Below are positions 51,401-64,000 of a stretch of 64,000 nucleotides of DNA, in pieces (the stretch's first letter is position 1; the number at the start of each line of letters is the position of its first letter). The notes below the pieces were generated by a model. The model worked only from the letters and a program-made list of their open reading frames with translations, was not told the DNA's origin and did no database searches. Both the position numbers and the translations under genes were made by a program. The stretch spans positions 72,602,001 to 72,666,000 of the forward strand of contig OX597817.1 of assembly GCA_951406725.2 (NCBI GenBank), given 5' to 3'. The stretch comes from Octopus vulgaris (lineage: Eukaryota).

Positions 51401-54400
51401 TATATCCCCCTCTATTTTGTCAAAAGCTCAAATAATATGTCTCTAAATTTCTGCCCATTTAAGCTTCCAGACCCTTCTTTTCCATGCTGGCCATCTTCTG
51501 GGCATCCATTTAGCGCTGATCCTGAAGTCACTAACTACAAATCTATGTTGTGGGGTGCATTCTTTACCTGGGAAAGTTCTGGCATTTACAAATAGCCATC
51601 TTCCTTATTTCCTGGTGAGGATATAATCAATTTAACTAGTGTGTCCACCAGATCGGAAAGTGAATAGGTGGCTGGTAAATTTCCTGAAATTGGTATTACA
51701 AACCATAAGATCATTTGTATTGCAGAACTCCAGCAGCCTGGTTCCCCCCTCATTACGGGAACCAAAACCATAGCCTCCATGTATGCCATGGAAGCCCCTT
51801 GCATGTTGTCCAACATGCCCATTAAAGTCATCAACCACAAAGAGAAGGTCCCTGTCATTCATCGACGAGGTAGTCTTCAAAAGGGTGTCATAAAATCAGT
51901 CCTTCTGTTCATCAGATAGCCCCGGCTGAGGGGCATAGGCCGAAGCAAAGTCAGAAAAATGAAAGTAGTATTTAAATTAAGAAATTTAATCTGTGACTCC
52001 AATTCCGCCAAACCATACCCCATTACATAAAAATAGAAAAATTGGCAAGCCAGCAAAGGTTAGCTCAACCTGCTTGAAAATACAGACCAAATCTACCTCA
52101 AATGACACTCTAATGTCTTTAAGAAGGAGACATGGATTTTACATGTAGCCTCAGATATTCAATGAGACAGGATTTTCATAGTGGGAACACCTTTGATCAT
52201 AAGTTTGCTCAATAAAGACTGGCCTGGTATAAGCAACAGAAAAAAAAAACAAGAATGTAAAAACTGCAAAAGTAGCAAGAAGAAATGAGAAAAATGCAAC
52301 TTACGTAATTTTACGCAAACTACAAGCTGAAAATTTGGCATTTCTTTGATTCTGCACAACTACAAATTCAACTTCATCACCAGGTTGCAGCTCAATACTG
52401 TCATGGACTTCAGTCATATGAAAGAATAGCTTTTTGCCATCTTCAACTTCATAATTCAGGAAGCCAAACTGAAAGAAAAAGTTATGCAAATATGAATGCA
52501 TAAAATCTTTAAAAAATATATAATCACTGTTTCTAGCATAGACACAAGGCCAAAAATCTAAGAGGAAAGGTTAGTAGATTAAATTGAACCAAGTACTTCA
52601 TTGGCATTTTATCGGCATTGTAAGGATGAAAGGCAAAATTTACCCTGCTGAGATACAAACTCAAAACATTAAGAACTGAAATATATGTGTAGGTTTCAAA
52701 TTTTGGGGCAAAACCAGTAATTTCAAGGGAAATTACATTGACCCCCAGAACTCGAGGTATACTTATTTTATCAACCCTAAAAGGATGAAAGGCAAAGTTG
52801 ACCTCAGCAGAATTTGAACTCAGAACATAAAGTTGCATGAAATGCTGCTAAGCATTTTGCCCAGCAGGCTAATGGTTCTGCAAGCTCTTCACCTTAAATA
52901 CATATTGCAGATCATTTTCTTCTAACACTCAAATGATTCTGCCAATCTACTACTACTACAAAAACTCTTTTTTATTGGCCACAAGGACTAATATAAATCA
53001 AAAACATGAAAGGACAATACAGAGATGATATACAAAGAGTTTTGCAAAAAATAAAAAAGGTCCGTGTAAACATTTGATAACAGAAAAAATAATATAACAA
53101 GTAAAAACTCCCAATGGGGGGGGGGCACTTCTAAGGTTACTCGTGGTAAAAAAAATCCATAAAAGCCACGGGTGCCTGGTCAACAGGGCTAGAGCCCTTT
53201 CTCCCTTTTATACCTATTTCTTTTTTACAGGTGTAATCTCAGAATTGGTCCATCCATACTGGTCATTCTTTCGACATTCACCCACCTTTTAACAAATTAT
53301 CTAGAAGACAATACTTCCCTCTCTACTTTCACCTTCCTTTTCAAGTGGAACTTGAAAAAGTTGACGAGGCCTTGGCCAAAGAGAAAAGTGTCTGACTTTA
53401 GCCCTTTCAAACAAACCAGATTTGTGATATGTCTACTTCAAATGCAGAAACCATATAAAATTTAACTTACCAATCCCTTCACAGAATCAACTTTAGCACG
53501 CACATAGCTACGCATAGCAGCCACACAAACAGCTCGTTTTTTCCCAGTGGCTTTCACTGATGCAATCTGGAACTTTACAACATCACCCTTCTGGAGGAAA
53601 TCTCGTTTATCAGCCAGGCTAGTGATACCATATTGGTACACTTCCTCTTCATCTTCTGTAACACAAAAAGAAATGAAAAATGGAAATTATTTCATAAATA
53701 CAATCTTTCACATTTTAAGGTGCTTAATATCTTACAACTTTAACATGATATTCTTTTACTATTTTACAGGGCTCAGGCATTGAAAGGTGGCTGTTTTTTG
53801 CCTTACAGCAGCACCAATATTTTGCCCTGCAATTTTTATCACTATGAGGCATTATCTTAGGTGTAATGAAAAGAACCAAATACTACAAGGTATTTTTGTT
53901 CAGCACAATACTGATTGTGTCAACCTCTCCTAATATCTAACCATCATCATTTTTTATATCACTTTCCATGTTGGCATGGGTGGGATGCTTTGACAGGTTC
54001 TGATGGGTCAGACAACTTGCTTCTGTGCTTCAGTTTTGGCTTATTTTCTATTGGCTGGTTGCCCTTTCAAGCACCAACCACTTTACAGAGTGTAATGGGT
54101 GTATTTTTTATGGCACATCAGAAATTGCCTTGCCCGCAGCATGACTAAAGAATCCCCTCAAGCCAATATTGTCTCTGCTCAATTTGCAAACCACTTTGCA
54201 GAGTAATAAAATGGGTGTTTATTGTGCCATCAGCACTAATGAGGTGGTATAAAAGAGAGAACAAGAAAGAGAACGATGAATTCAGATGAGGCATTGTGGG
54301 AAGTTACAGTATGATGAGAGGATTGGATTTGTTGTTGAGAGGGTGGTAGCAGAGAAGAACAGAAGAGAAGAGGAGGAATGAAGTATATTCTCAAGGTAAC

Positions 54401-57400
54401 ATGCACAAGGTAAACAAGGAGAGCATTTGAGAAACGCAAGAGTGAAATCCCACCCTGCCCACTCTATCATAATGATTTGGAAAGATAGAGAAAGGAGAAG
54501 TAAAAGGAAAAGAGATAATGTGGGAATGGAAAGATATGACAGATCCTAAAAAGTAGGGAATTCACTATGCACAGATCAAATGCTTGTGTCTCAAGTGGCT
54601 AGATATGATGAAAAGAAATGATGGAGAGAGATAGAAGAGAGGTGTGAGGGTATAACAGGTTTCCATCTACCAAATTTCTTTTAAATGCTTTGATCAAAAA
54701 GCTGCTATGGTGTTATATAGCAGGATCTAACCCAGAACCATGTGATTGTGAAGCAAACCCTTTAACCACACAGACATGCAGTATTAGTATTGGTTTCAAA
54801 TTTTGGCACAAGGCCAGTAATTACTGGGGAAGGGGTACGTTGATTACATTGACCTCAGTGATCAACTTATTTTATCGACCCCAAAAGGATGAAAGACAAA
54901 GTTGACCTCAGCAAAATTTGAACTCAGAACGTAGAAGAGAGACAAAATGCCACTAAGCATTTTGCTTGGTGCACTAACGATTCTACCTGCTCACTGCCTT
55001 TTGCAGCATTAATATTAACAATGATTTCAAATACTGACACAAGGCCATACATATTTAAGAAACTCTATAGCCAACCCAGGCAGTATATGAAATCAGAGCT
55101 TCCAGAGACTATAACAAGGTTTATCTGACACATTTCCTGACTCTTCAATATTTATAACTGCAAGGATTTTTAGCATAAGCAAGAGGACCCAAATTTTGAG
55201 GAGTAGACCAATTTATTTTATTTACTCTGATACTTGACTGTATCTATTTTATCAATCGTAGAAGGGCAAAAGGATACAGGGGGACACAAAAAAACCTCCT
55301 CACAAGGTAAAGGAGGATATAAAGAGAAGCAACTAAAGACCACATGGCAGATATCAAGCAATCAACTCTGATATTAGTAACTTGCCTCCCTACAGAATGT
55401 TTAGAGTGCTAGACCAGTATTTTAATAGCTCAGCAAAAATGTAATCACTCTCCATAAAAAAGTGTATAGCCTACCCAGATATAACAGTCACCAAATTAAT
55501 GAATCAGATCATATGTAAAACTAAAGCATATAATTAGAGGTAGAAAGAACTGAGGCACTTACCATCCAAACCAACTTGTACAAGACCACTATATTCATCC
55601 TGTTCAGGATTGACAATGCGTAAGGGTCGAATAATCTTTCCCTGTAGGGTCCCTTTTTCCCAAATAATTTCCTGAAAATGAAACATGTCAAATTTCAAAA
55701 CACTTGAAAAGAGGCAATTTAACATAATAAGCAGCGATAAAATCACTTTACTAAGAAAACATAATTCCTTAAGCTTTGATCACAAGATATCTAATGACAA
55801 CTGTGCTTGCTCTAAAATGTTGCTATCAACTATCAGTCCTGTACAAAGCTCAGGAGCGACTAACAATAGAGTACTCCCCCACATCTAGGACAGTGCTGCT
55901 GCTGTTGCCACACACATACATCTTAGACTGCATCCATACACAATGATTGCTATGAAGACACATAAATACACTCCAAACTCTAGTCAACATAAGTATCATT
56001 TCCTTTCTGCCTTTTCTACTGAAACTATAATGGCCTTTATGCCTTAGTTCTAGCAAGTATAGTGCCACCTCCACCCAAGTACTCTCAATTCGCTCCTTAT
56101 TTCTCCTTTCATCATTTAGTGTCCACCCCAACCCAAAAGTCCTATACTAATTACTACTACCGGTCATTACATCCCAGAATACTGGCCTTCTTGATTTCCC
56201 TACCTATACATGCCTAACCTATCTTCAACTCGCAACAGCTGAAGCAAAAAAGTAAAGACATCAATCTTGCCAATGCCGGAGGGCCTGCAAGGCCTATGGG
56301 TACTGTCCCTTCCTTCATATAAAACCAATGAAAAGAAGAGAGATAAATTCATAAAAAGAAAAATGTGATACATCTCTTGAATGTATCCTACCATATTAAC
56401 CCTTTCGTTACTATATTTCTGACCAAAATACACCCCTTATGTGTTTCAATTAATTTCTAACGTAATCATAAATTTAGTCTGGTTTCATTAAACAACTATA
56501 ACTTTTTTATTTATCAATATATTAACGTGAATTTTGGAAGATAATTTAATGAAATGTTCTCAACCAATTCTATACTATAATTTTTTGTCACAAAGTGACT
56601 CTAATTGCAGGTAGATACAGGTAAATTCAACAAAATATAAAATTATTAAAATTTTGTTCAAACATCGCTATAGAAAATGGGTTATTAGCTAATATTCAAT
56701 TGGGTATACAACAAAATTTTACGATAGAATTTGTTATTCTGGGTAACTTTCTGATACCCATAATAATATTTATGGCAAAATAGTCTTAATTTCATTTAAG
56801 GTTATGGGAAACCACAAAGTATCCTTTCTTTCGTTTTGTTTACATTTAGCGTAACGGTTCGTTTCTGTCGTAATGATTTCAAATAGGCTCATTCGAAAAA
56901 GTAAAAAGAAATAGTCTAAGGAAAGTCTGGGAAAGTCTGTGGCTTGGTCCAGTTTCTTCAGAAAAATCACCGAAAGAAACAGTTTTTAAATTTTCACTCC
57001 ATTCAGGTGCCAATTCATTTTCTTTATCGCTGTCGGAGCTCTCGGATTCACTGTTTTCATTTTCGGAAAATGAAACATCAGATTCATTATCAAATACCAC
57101 GTGCTTTTTTTTTTCAGTCATAGAGTTAGATTTATGAAGGTCTTCAGTAGAAAATCCTTCGAATTCTGACTCGCTGCTTGATATAATGAAATTCGTATCC
57201 ACTTTTTGCCAGAATTACAAATTTTGAAAACACAATAGGAACAAATTTCGGAAAAAAATCTCCCAAAATTCACGGAATTAAAATTACACTTCGATTTTTG
57301 TACAAAACTGTAGTTTACAAAGTATATGTGTTTTCACAAATGTACTAAAGAGATTTGTTCTGATATTCTCATTTAAATATGAATAGGTAAATTCGGGTGG

Positions 57401-60400
57401 CTTTGGGCGGTTTGGTCACATTAACCAAAATTTTTTTCGGGCGGTTTGGTCACATTAACCAAAATTTTTTTCGGCCGGTTTGGTATCGAAAGGGTTAAAC
57501 TTTATTTTATTGCTTTATAGATTTAGTTACTGTACAAATTTCTTATATTTCTTATCTGTGTTTGCAATCAAATACAGAATTAAAAAATTTTTACTAATAA
57601 CTTTTAGTATGCAATTTTAGTTATAAACTCAAATTTTCTTTCCAAAATGATGTAGGTGATATATACAGTAAACTACCCCCTATCCAGCACCACTGATAAC
57701 TGACTTCTTCAGGTTACTTGATCATCACTTTTTAAATTACCTTAGTACCTTACAAAACTCAAAACTCCATCTATATACACCAATATTATCCATTAGTATT
57801 AATTTAGTAGAAATGAGAGAAAAATGGGGAAATATAATTTAAATAAAGAACAACCTATATTAACCTAATAAAATACAGTAATTGTAAATACAATAAAATA
57901 AAATACTGCACTGTACCAAGAGAAGCAAATTATTCGTTTAAGGTACAGTAATAACTTTCTTTTAATAACAATTAACACAAATTAGCACAAATATTCTTGA
58001 CTCTCATAACACACTTTTTTTTTTTCTGGGCAGTGTTTCTTGAGAATTTCTGTAGGGTACCAGATAAGGTGAGTATACTATAATTGGAACCAACTAGTTC
58101 TAAATATGAATCTAAAAGTTTTCTCCCTCATAATACTGGAAATACTGAAAGAAAAAAAAATTTTCAGTTTTACTGGAGGCAATACAGATGTTAGTATTTC
58201 TGATCCTTCAACAGTAATGAAAATTAGATTGAAATCACATATGAAGAGAAAGGAAATACCATGACTTTCGGAAACATTTCTTCACACTCAGAGTTGCTGA
58301 AGCATGGAATAAACTGCCTGCGTCAGTTGTTGACTGCCATGACACTGCATCCTTTAAGGCCCTCATGCTTTCCGAAATCCGTCAAAACTACACCTGATTA
58401 TATATACACTTTCGATGAGTTGTAGTGCACCTGAGCACTGTACACAATGTTTATTATTATTATCTCTTATTATAAAAGGCAGATTATATCTGCCTCCCTT
58501 TGGGAGTTATACAAATCTACAATATAGGATTTCTTCAATTACAATTTACCTAGCAATTTTAAGAGTACAATGCATCGCGTCATGCCAGGTCCAGTTTTTA
58601 AAATTTAAACTCCAATTAAGCAAAATTTACAGAAAACTCACATTCTGGTGTGTGTGTCAAATGCTTTTCTTAGTCTGGTTTACACCACACGCAAACGCAC
58701 ACACACAGTGGGCAACGAATAAAATGAAAGTAATTGACTTACTGTAGTGAGTGATTCTTTCACTCTGCCTCCCACTTCCTCTTTCCACACATACACACGC
58801 AAATATATAAATAAAATTGTAAGCTAACGTGCGTGTGTGTGAGTGGGTGTGTGTGGGTGTGCACGTGTGTGTGTGTGTGAGGGTGCGTGTGTGTGTGTGT
58901 GCGTGTGCGTGAGTGTGTGACAGGAAAGTTTTTTACGACGAATATAACACCTATATCCAAGTAGCAGAAAGATAAGACAGTAAGGTGTGATTTGAGGGAG
59001 ATTTGGCTGCTATTTCTACCATGTCTAGCTGCCATGTAGGGGTCTCCCTCATAGGCTCATACATATATACATAGATAAGACAGTAAGGTGTGATTTGGGG
59101 GAAATTTGGCTGCTATTTCTACCAGGTCTAGCTGCCATGTAGGGGTCTCCCTCATAGGCTCATACATACATATATACATAGATAAGACAGTAAGGTGTGA
59201 TTTGGGGGAAATTTGGTTGCTATTTCTACCAGGTCTAGCTACCATGTAGAGGTCCCCCTCATTGGCTCATATATATATACATACATAAGACAGTAAGGTG
59301 TGATTTGAGGGAGATTTGGCTGCTGTTTCTACCAGGTCTGTTAGGTCTTCTCATGCAAACTCAAGCTTTCTCATGCCTTGAACATAAGACCAAAGCAGAG
59401 AATGTATTCTTTTATTCTTCTGCTTTTTCCAGCCATTGGTCTGTGGCCATGCTGGGGCAATGCCTTGAAGAATTGTAGTTTAATGAATCAACTCCACTTT
59501 TATTTTTGTAAGCATTGTACTTATTCTATCTGTTTCCTTTGTGAAACCACTAGGTGACAGGGATGTAAACAAACCAACATTCGTTGTCAAGCAGTGGTGG
59601 AGGACAATCACAAGCACAGACACGCACACACACACACATACATGCATACACATATACACACATACATACATACATATATATATATGTGTGTATATATATA
59701 TTGCAGCGTGGAAGGTGTTTGTAAGCCATTTAAGAAACACACAAAAACCGTTACATTCACTTCAACATTTAAAGTTAATTTGCCAAAATATTTTCGTCGC
59801 TTTGAGACCGCGACCTGTTCATTGACAAAAATATCGTGCTAACAGGTCGCGGTCTCAAAGCGATGAAAATATTTTGACAAATTAAATTTAAATGTTGAAG
59901 TGAATCTAAAGGTTTTTGTGTGTTTCTTAAATGGCTTATAAACACCTTCAACGCTGCAACTGTTTTCGTTCCAGCACACGATCTCAGATCAAGTCACCTG
60001 CTATGCAAGTACATCTCTGTAACTATATATATATTTATATATATATATGTATATTGGTAAAAACAGTAAGATAACAAAAGAAAGAAAGAGACCTCAATAT
60101 TATGTAAATAGAGGAAATCTTTATATATAAAAGTGAGGTTGTGTGTCTGTCTCCTACGATTTAGATTCCTAACTACTCCCACATTTTGCGGTGCAGTTTA
60201 ACCAAAACCGGGTATCTTATAGTCGTGATTCATATCGAGACCGTCTGGGTATTAGCGCGCGTCTACGATGAGTCTACGATTTAAAAAAAAATTTACCATC
60301 AATTTTTCCCATTTTTAATCCATTTTTGACATATATAAGGGAAGTAACTCTCTAAAATTTATTATTAAATCTCAGAACGTAAAAAGCTACAGTAACACCC

Positions 60401-61665
60401 CTCCCCTTTGTGGTTAGCCATATTGAGATGGCTATTATACTTTACATCTCTAAAAATGCTTATATAATTATTTCCCTTACAAACCCGAGCAACGCCGGGC
60501 GATACTGCTAGTTATTATATATACTTTTTACACACATCAGTTTCTATCTACCAGATCTTATCACAAGGCTTTGGTTGGCCCAAGTGTATAGAAGACACTT
60601 ACCTAAAGTGCCAGGAAGTGGAAGTGAACTTGAAACAAGTGGTTGGGGAAACAAATTTTAAGAAACTTAAAATTAAGAACCATTTATCTTAACTAAGCTC
60701 AAAATTAGGATTATTTCATGGGATTATACTTACCTCGGGTGAAACAGTGCCTTTAGGAAGTTTTTTGATGTTTTCAGCACTCAACTTGGCTCCTTTTTTA
60801 GCCAATGTATATTCTACTTCATCGCCAAGATTAAATTCTAACTGATCATTCTCAATAGAGCTGTTTTAAAAAGTAAATAAAACATCAAGAGCAATGAGCA
60901 AGATGTTCAAATCTTAATATTTCAATGGTAGTGATTTTACTGACAAAGTTAATACACAGAAAATTTAAACCAGACCAAATTAAATACTTTCAGTTCTTCA
61001 TTCACATCATATAAAATAAACAATGTAATACAAGTGTTTGCTTGTACTGCATTATCACCCAGCCACCATGGAGCAATTCAAATGGATTATAAACTTACCT
61101 GAAATGAAAGAAAACTTCCTTCTCATGATCAGCATTTTCAATGAATCCATAGTTGTCTTTCAATGTAGCAATGAAGCCTTGGCATTTGCCAGCAACATTG
61201 CGAAGAACTACTCTTATATTGACAGCTCTCTTTTGGCCATTTCTAGACGATTCACCAATGCTAAATTCAATCTAATGAAAAATAAAGGAAAAAGAAATTA
61301 TGAAATGGCTATGACAGTTTAAAGAAGTTACAAGTCAAAATTACACATTCTTGTAAAATGCACATATTTAAATGTATTGTTTGATATAAAAATTCTCAAG
61401 CATTACTTACAAGTTCTAAGTAAGACTTTCTTTCACTAACCTATCAGAGACTTACAGACACCTTTTTCTATATTTTTTCCCACCCTCTGAAACCAATTAA
61501 AATAATAAAGAAAAAAGGTATTTAAGAACATTTTTAACTTTACCTTATCACCATATCTTGGAGGACCCTTCTGGTCTATTAAATCTTTTAAGTAATATGG
61601 AATTTGTTGAATAGCACCTTCATAGTCATATATTATATTTCCAGATTCCCCTTCTTTGTTTTTGC
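48279..61665 (-). CDS. CSDE1: Cold shock domain-containing protein E1 (Unr), last 7 coding exons; gene continues beyond the window
   Basis: Minus-strand exons 61665-61544, 61271-61099, 60860-60734, 55671-55563, 53655-53471, 52468-52305, 48429-48279 join in frame through GT-AG introns. They encode CSD RNP motifs (YGFIE..EVFFHFS; FGFLNY..KLFFHM) and the C-terminal SUZ-C motif ([11 protein letters not shown]...[12 protein letters not shown]). Confidence 0.96.
48586..49111. mobile_element. piggyBac-type MITE carrying a nested hAT MITE
   Basis: TTAA|CCCTTTAGCATT ... AATGCTAAAGGG|TTAA. Confidence 0.85.
48746..49049. mobile_element. hAT (Charlie-like) MITE
   Basis: TIRs CAGAGGTTCTCA / TGAGAACCCCTA; 8-bp TSD GGTTAGAA at 48738-48745 and 49050-49057. 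Confidence 0.85.
49170..51945 (-). mobile_element. RTE-clade LINE relic (APE endonuclease and RT) in the last CSDE1 intron; same family as 35310-37117
   Basis: DFNGHVG...[20 protein letters not shown] (APE), RT remnants, [14 protein letters not shown]. Confidence 0.9.
52305..52468 (-). CDS. CSDE1: CSDE1 exon, last CSD ([21 protein letters not shown]...[21 protein letters not shown])
   Basis: Overlaps ORF 52301-52501, canonical CSD. Confidence 0.97.
52535..52900 (-). mobile_element. Nested or tandem Nin/Deu SINEs in a CSDE1 intron
   Basis: Two GGATGAAAGGCAAA cores. Confidence 0.75.
52970..53422 (-). mobile_element. 3' end of the same L1/Tx1 family, in a CSDE1 intron
   Basis: Clearly similar to 29595-30017. 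Confidence 0.85.
53471..53655 (-). CDS. CSDE1: CSDE1 exon ([31 protein letters not shown]...AKVDSVKGL)
   Basis: YGI..LQKGD.VKFQ motif of Unr, splice sites present. Confidence 0.95.
53940..54250 (-). mobile_element. Degenerate RTE 3'-end fragment
   Basis: Resembles the reverse complement of 36900-37115, with (CAT)n tail. Confidence 0.55.
54788..55002 (-). mobile_element. Nin/Deu SINE
   Basis: Reverse complement of a near full-length copy. Confidence 0.8.
55563..55671 (-). CDS. CSDE1: CSDE1 exon ([36 protein letters not shown])
   Basis: [14 protein letters not shown] motif characteristic of Unr, splice sites present. Confidence 0.95.
56400..57494 (-). mobile_element. Non-autonomous piggyBac with transposase N-terminal remnant
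   Basis: TTAA TSDs at 56396-56399 and 57495-57498; TIR CCCTTTCG(T/A)TAC; acidic N-terminus and [24 protein letters not shown]; 33-bp subterminal repeats at 57408-57484. Confidence 0.9.
57666..58080. mobile_element. pogo/Tigger-like MITE
   Basis: TA-flanked imperfect TIRs CAGTAAACTACCCCCTATC / GATAAGGTGAGTATACTA. Confidence 0.5.
58245..58470 (+). mobile_element. CR1-clade LINE 3' end
   Basis: [30 protein letters not shown] followed by short UTR and (TAT)n tail. Confidence 0.8.
58971..59339. repeat. Minisatellite, about 103-107 bp unit, 3.5 copies
   Basis: Units start at 58971, 59074, 59181, 59284. Confidence 0.92.
59701..59959. repeat. Fold-back inverted repeat (119-bp arms, 21-nt spacer)
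   Basis: 59701-59819 versus 59841-59959. Confidence 0.93.
60118..60511 (+). mobile_element. Non-autonomous Helitron
   Basis: A|TC 5' end, subterminal hairpin CCCGAGCAACGCCGGG, CTAG|T 3' end. Confidence 0.8.
60734..60860 (-). CDS. CSDE1: CSDE1 exon ([42 protein letters not shown])
   Basis: LGDEVEY CSD motif, phases match neighbours. Confidence 0.95.
61099..61271 (-). CDS. CSDE1: CSDE1 exon ([10 protein letters not shown]...[27 protein letters not shown])
   Basis: Canonical CSD RNP1 and RNP2 motifs, splice sites present. Confidence 0.96.
61544..61665 (-). CDS. CSDE1: CSDE1 exon ([40 protein letters not shown])
   Basis: Open frame, AG/GT sites, GDK end joins IEF in the next exon. Confidence 0.9.
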
Positions 61666-63010
61666 CTGCAAAACAGAGGAATAATTTAGATAAAACATAA
61701 CAAAAAAATAAAGAAGCTAATTTAATATTCTAAAAATTCATATGTAGCTGAAAAATCAATATAGACGTCCATCAGTTTCAAAGCAGATTCAAATCCTTAC
61801 CAATGAAAGAGAAGCTTTACTTTAATTCTTTTAATAGACAACCTGGTTCTCTAATACAAAATCTCTTGCTTTAAAAAAAAAAACCTTCAAACATAATTTC
61901 ACATAAAAATCTTTTGTTACATTATTACAAATACCAAATATATCTGCCAATAAATGGCAAACCAATGACAGTGAGGACTGAATGCTAAAAAATCTCCAAA
62001 AAATAACCATATAATATATACACAAGAACTGAATTTTTGAGAGCTAGACAACTAAAATATTCAAGTTCTGCTACTAGCATTACGTTTGTTAGGGACATAA
62101 TGTTTATTGACCTCTAAATCCATATGTAAAGAACATAGGCCAACAATCTGAACTATACTGGCCAGCTGGTATAAACATGATACACTTTTAAAAGATGGTT
62201 GGTAAGCCTCCAACAAACTGAGACTACAATTTAGTTTTACATCCCAGTGAGAGTTGTACTATTCTGCTAAAACTCTAAGGAACATCACAAACATCGCAAT
62301 TCTCATGCCCTGAAGTTAATAGTATCTTAAATGATTTCTCTGACTATAAAAGATCAGTAAACTGATTATTTATTACATCAGTTATATTATCTGCAGGTCA
62401 TCCCTGACTAAATAGATCTATCATCAAAAGCATTCCAGTCATTGTGGACCTGTACTTCCTTCAGGTATTGCATAGAATTTCATATTGTTTGACAGAGAGG
62501 GACAACATATGTAGCAAATGGGCAGGAATAGTTTGCAGGAAAAATACAAAATATATCCCTGACATTTCAAGATGCTAGTGTATACTTAGAGGAACATTAG
62601 GCTGCTATTTTTACAAGGTTGCACAATCACATAGTTCTTTCACTGGCTAACTGCTGAAATGAATGAGTGGGAAGAGGTCTATTTCAGTGGTTTTTCAAAC
62701 CTGACCAGTATCAACTACAACCAATGAAATACAACTAGCCCTTGTTATAGTAAAAAATATTGATTTACTGACTGAAGTGTTTTTCTACTTAACTCAACCC
62801 ACAAAATATAGGTTCCTACAATAAGCAATAGGTATACCATGTTTTACTATCTTCAGATGATGAGTTGAAATCTTCCCATTAGCCTGGTAAGCAACAGCTA
62901 TGTATCAGAGACATGCTCTTTGTGTATAAGAACAGGCATTGTCCAGTCAGACTAGAACAATAAGTAGCATAAATTGTATATAAGTTAGTCTCACTCACAC
63001 ACACACACAC

Positions 63011-63051
<41 letters not shown>

Positions 63052-64000
63052 AAAAGGATTTGAGACTAAGTATATAAATGGAACTTGTAAATATTACATT
63101 AAATTAATATCACAAAAAATTAAAACACAAATATTTGTAGGTCAGACCAAGAGGTGATCATACAGCTATTATGCAAAAGGAACTGTTGCCTTATTACATA
63201 TAACAAAGACAAACAACAAATGCAAGCACAACTACTCCTGACAAGACCTAAGGAAGCAACAAATGTTATCAAGTGAGAGGACAGTAATAAGACAAGAAGA
63301 CTATGACTTTTGCATAGGCAAGAACAATGGATAAGAGATAGATGTAAATGATTATGATGGTGTTACATATTCATGCTACATAGATTTGTTTGGTCTTCAA
63401 GTTCAAATATATTACTTAATTAGATAAAACTTTTTTAGACTATAATCTACATTTTTAAAAGCAAATGTTTTATGATATTTACATCAACACTGTAGTCCAA
63501 AAATTCTATGACAATGAACAGTGTTTTACAATTCTTTATGACATTAGCTAGTCAACCATAAAACAGAATTAGCAGCTAATTTCCTATTTGTTAATTAGGT
63601 TAAGAAACTATTAATACCATGTTAAATATGTAGATAATCTTCATTATCAAAGTGACCTAATTAATAACAAGTGGTGATTGTAGTTAATTGTAGTTAAGAT
63701 CATAAAGTCAGAGTAAGAAAGCAGTAGAAGTTCAAGAAACTACTATCTCACTTTGCAGTAACAGTATACCCTCACTTTTTCCACACAAAATGTAAAAAGT
63801 ATGATGCTGTATTGGACATGGAAAGTCTGCAGAGGCTGAAGTGCCACTGATCATCAGCAAATATCAACAAGATAGGCAGTTGCATTAGTAAAATGTAAAG
63901 AATAATCCAATGACGAATGAAAGAAATGCCTTGTGCACCAGCAGCAGAAGATGCATGAGGTTAGGGTAAGTTGAAGATGCACTTGGATCTAATGAACAAG

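Noticed and set aside
56770-57202. PGBD-like domesticated gene
   Set aside because: Frameshifted N-terminal fragment lacking the catalytic DDD domain, inside intact TIRs.
57690-57730. Possible intronic C/D snoRNA (GTGATGA...CTGA on the minus strand)
   Set aside because: The boxes are only about 10 nt apart and lie inside a pogo-like MITE.
58971-59339. Regularly spaced repeats resembling a CRISPR array
   Set aside because: Whole units repeat with no unique spacers, there are no cas genes, and the context is a eukaryotic intron.
61700-64000. Further upstream CSDE1 exon
   Set aside because: No convincing AG/GT-bounded CSD-like frame seen; the next exon probably lies beyond the window, though a very short exon could be missed.

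Overview
AT-rich, microsatellite- and transposon-dense animal DNA. The Nin/Deu-domain and CORE-type tRNA-derived SINEs and the (TA)n/(TAA)n/(CA)n load point to an octopod cephalopod (inference). Two spliced genes converge tail to tail. On the + strand (1-25899) is the 7TM and C-terminal part of an adhesion-class GPCR: 11 reconstructed GT-AG exons with matching phases, plus up to 3 tentative tail exons. On the - strand (61665-48279) are the last 7 coding exons of CSDE1/Unr (cold-shock domains plus SUZ-C tail), probably with a long 3' UTR. The rest is L1/Tx1, RTE, R4/Dong, CR1 and Penelope-like retroelement relics, mariner, piggyBac, hAT, pogo and Helitron elements, and many SINEs. The most notable unannotated signal is a set of non-coding, mostly (TA)n-embedded Penelope-type elements. 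Several are long fold-backs carrying hammerhead-ribozyme cores: one apparently intact at 24215-24267 (-), several degenerate, and one hinting at a C3-G8 core variant. Also notable: a SINE orientation switch between the two genes, a head-to-tail SINE array, a candidate CTCF/YY1 island, and hairpins downstream of CSDE1 that are candidate ADAR substrates. No prokaryote-type system (CRISPR etc.) is present. Most entries in the ORF track are microsatellite or antisense artefacts.
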